The position numbers and the translations under genes were made by a program. 64,000 bases of DNA from Camelus dromedarius. Taxonomy: Eukaryota. The notes under the pieces were generated by a model. The model was not told the DNA's origin. It saw nothing but the letters and a program-made list of their open reading frames with translations, and ran no database searches. Positions 63,702-64,000 of the stretch are shown piece after piece; positions within the stretch are counted from its first letter, which is position 1; every line of letters begins with the position of its first letter. Location: positions 46,750,001-46,814,000 of the forward strand of contig NC_087436.1 of NCBI RefSeq assembly GCF_036321535.1, read 5' to 3'.

Positions 63702-64000
63702 GTTACTGCAAGCCCTTCTGATTTCCGCTCTTCCCATTTCCTTCCTTTCACTGTAGTTTCTATACAAAGTCACTTTCTCTATTCCTCTCTGCTCGTATTT
63801 GTCAATATATTAATAGTTCCTTCTGATCACTGATCAAGCTGGAATTGCTCAGCAATGTGTAGTAGACTTTGCTGTTGATTTTACTCTAACCTAAAATTCC
63901 AGGAAATCTTTAGACCTCTCCTTCAGTTACTCTGTGTATTACAGCTTGAATGCTAATTATATTTTTATTTAACATTATAATATAAGGAACTTTCTAAAGA

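Noticed and set aside
1..64000. CRISPR array, operon or other prokaryote-type system
   Set aside because: The sequence is mammalian; no regularly spaced repeat-spacer array or dense coding structure is present

Overview
Mammalian genomic DNA, very probably camelid (alpaca/llama/camel), judged from four copies of a short tRNA-derived SINE and a young L1 with a camelid-type ORF2 C-terminus. I find no recognisable protein-coding exon, structural RNA gene or CpG-island promoter, so this reads as intergenic DNA or a very large intron. The only ORFs with recognisable products are decayed transposon proteins: Tigger1 transposase, a Tc2/Kanga transposase tail and L1 ORF2. The window is a mosaic of old eutherian repeats (L2, MIR, MLT1, LTR16, MER20/33/58/5, ORSL-like, L1M) and younger insertions (SINEs, a TSD-flanked L1, ERV1-type solo LTRs), separated by repeat-free stretches that look like enhancer DNA. 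The most notable items are: (1) a ~330-bp non-TE retro-insertion at 26315-26646 with poly(A) signal, A-tail and perfect 16-bp target-site duplication, apparently the 3' end of an unidentified mRNA; (2) a full-length Tigger1; (3) two near-consensus, same-orientation CTCF sites; (4) nested TE insertions; (5) AP-1/TEAD and homeodomain motif clusters. I see no evidence of a wholly new biological system. Repeat family names come from recalled consensus sequences, not a database search, and boundaries of old repeats are approximate.
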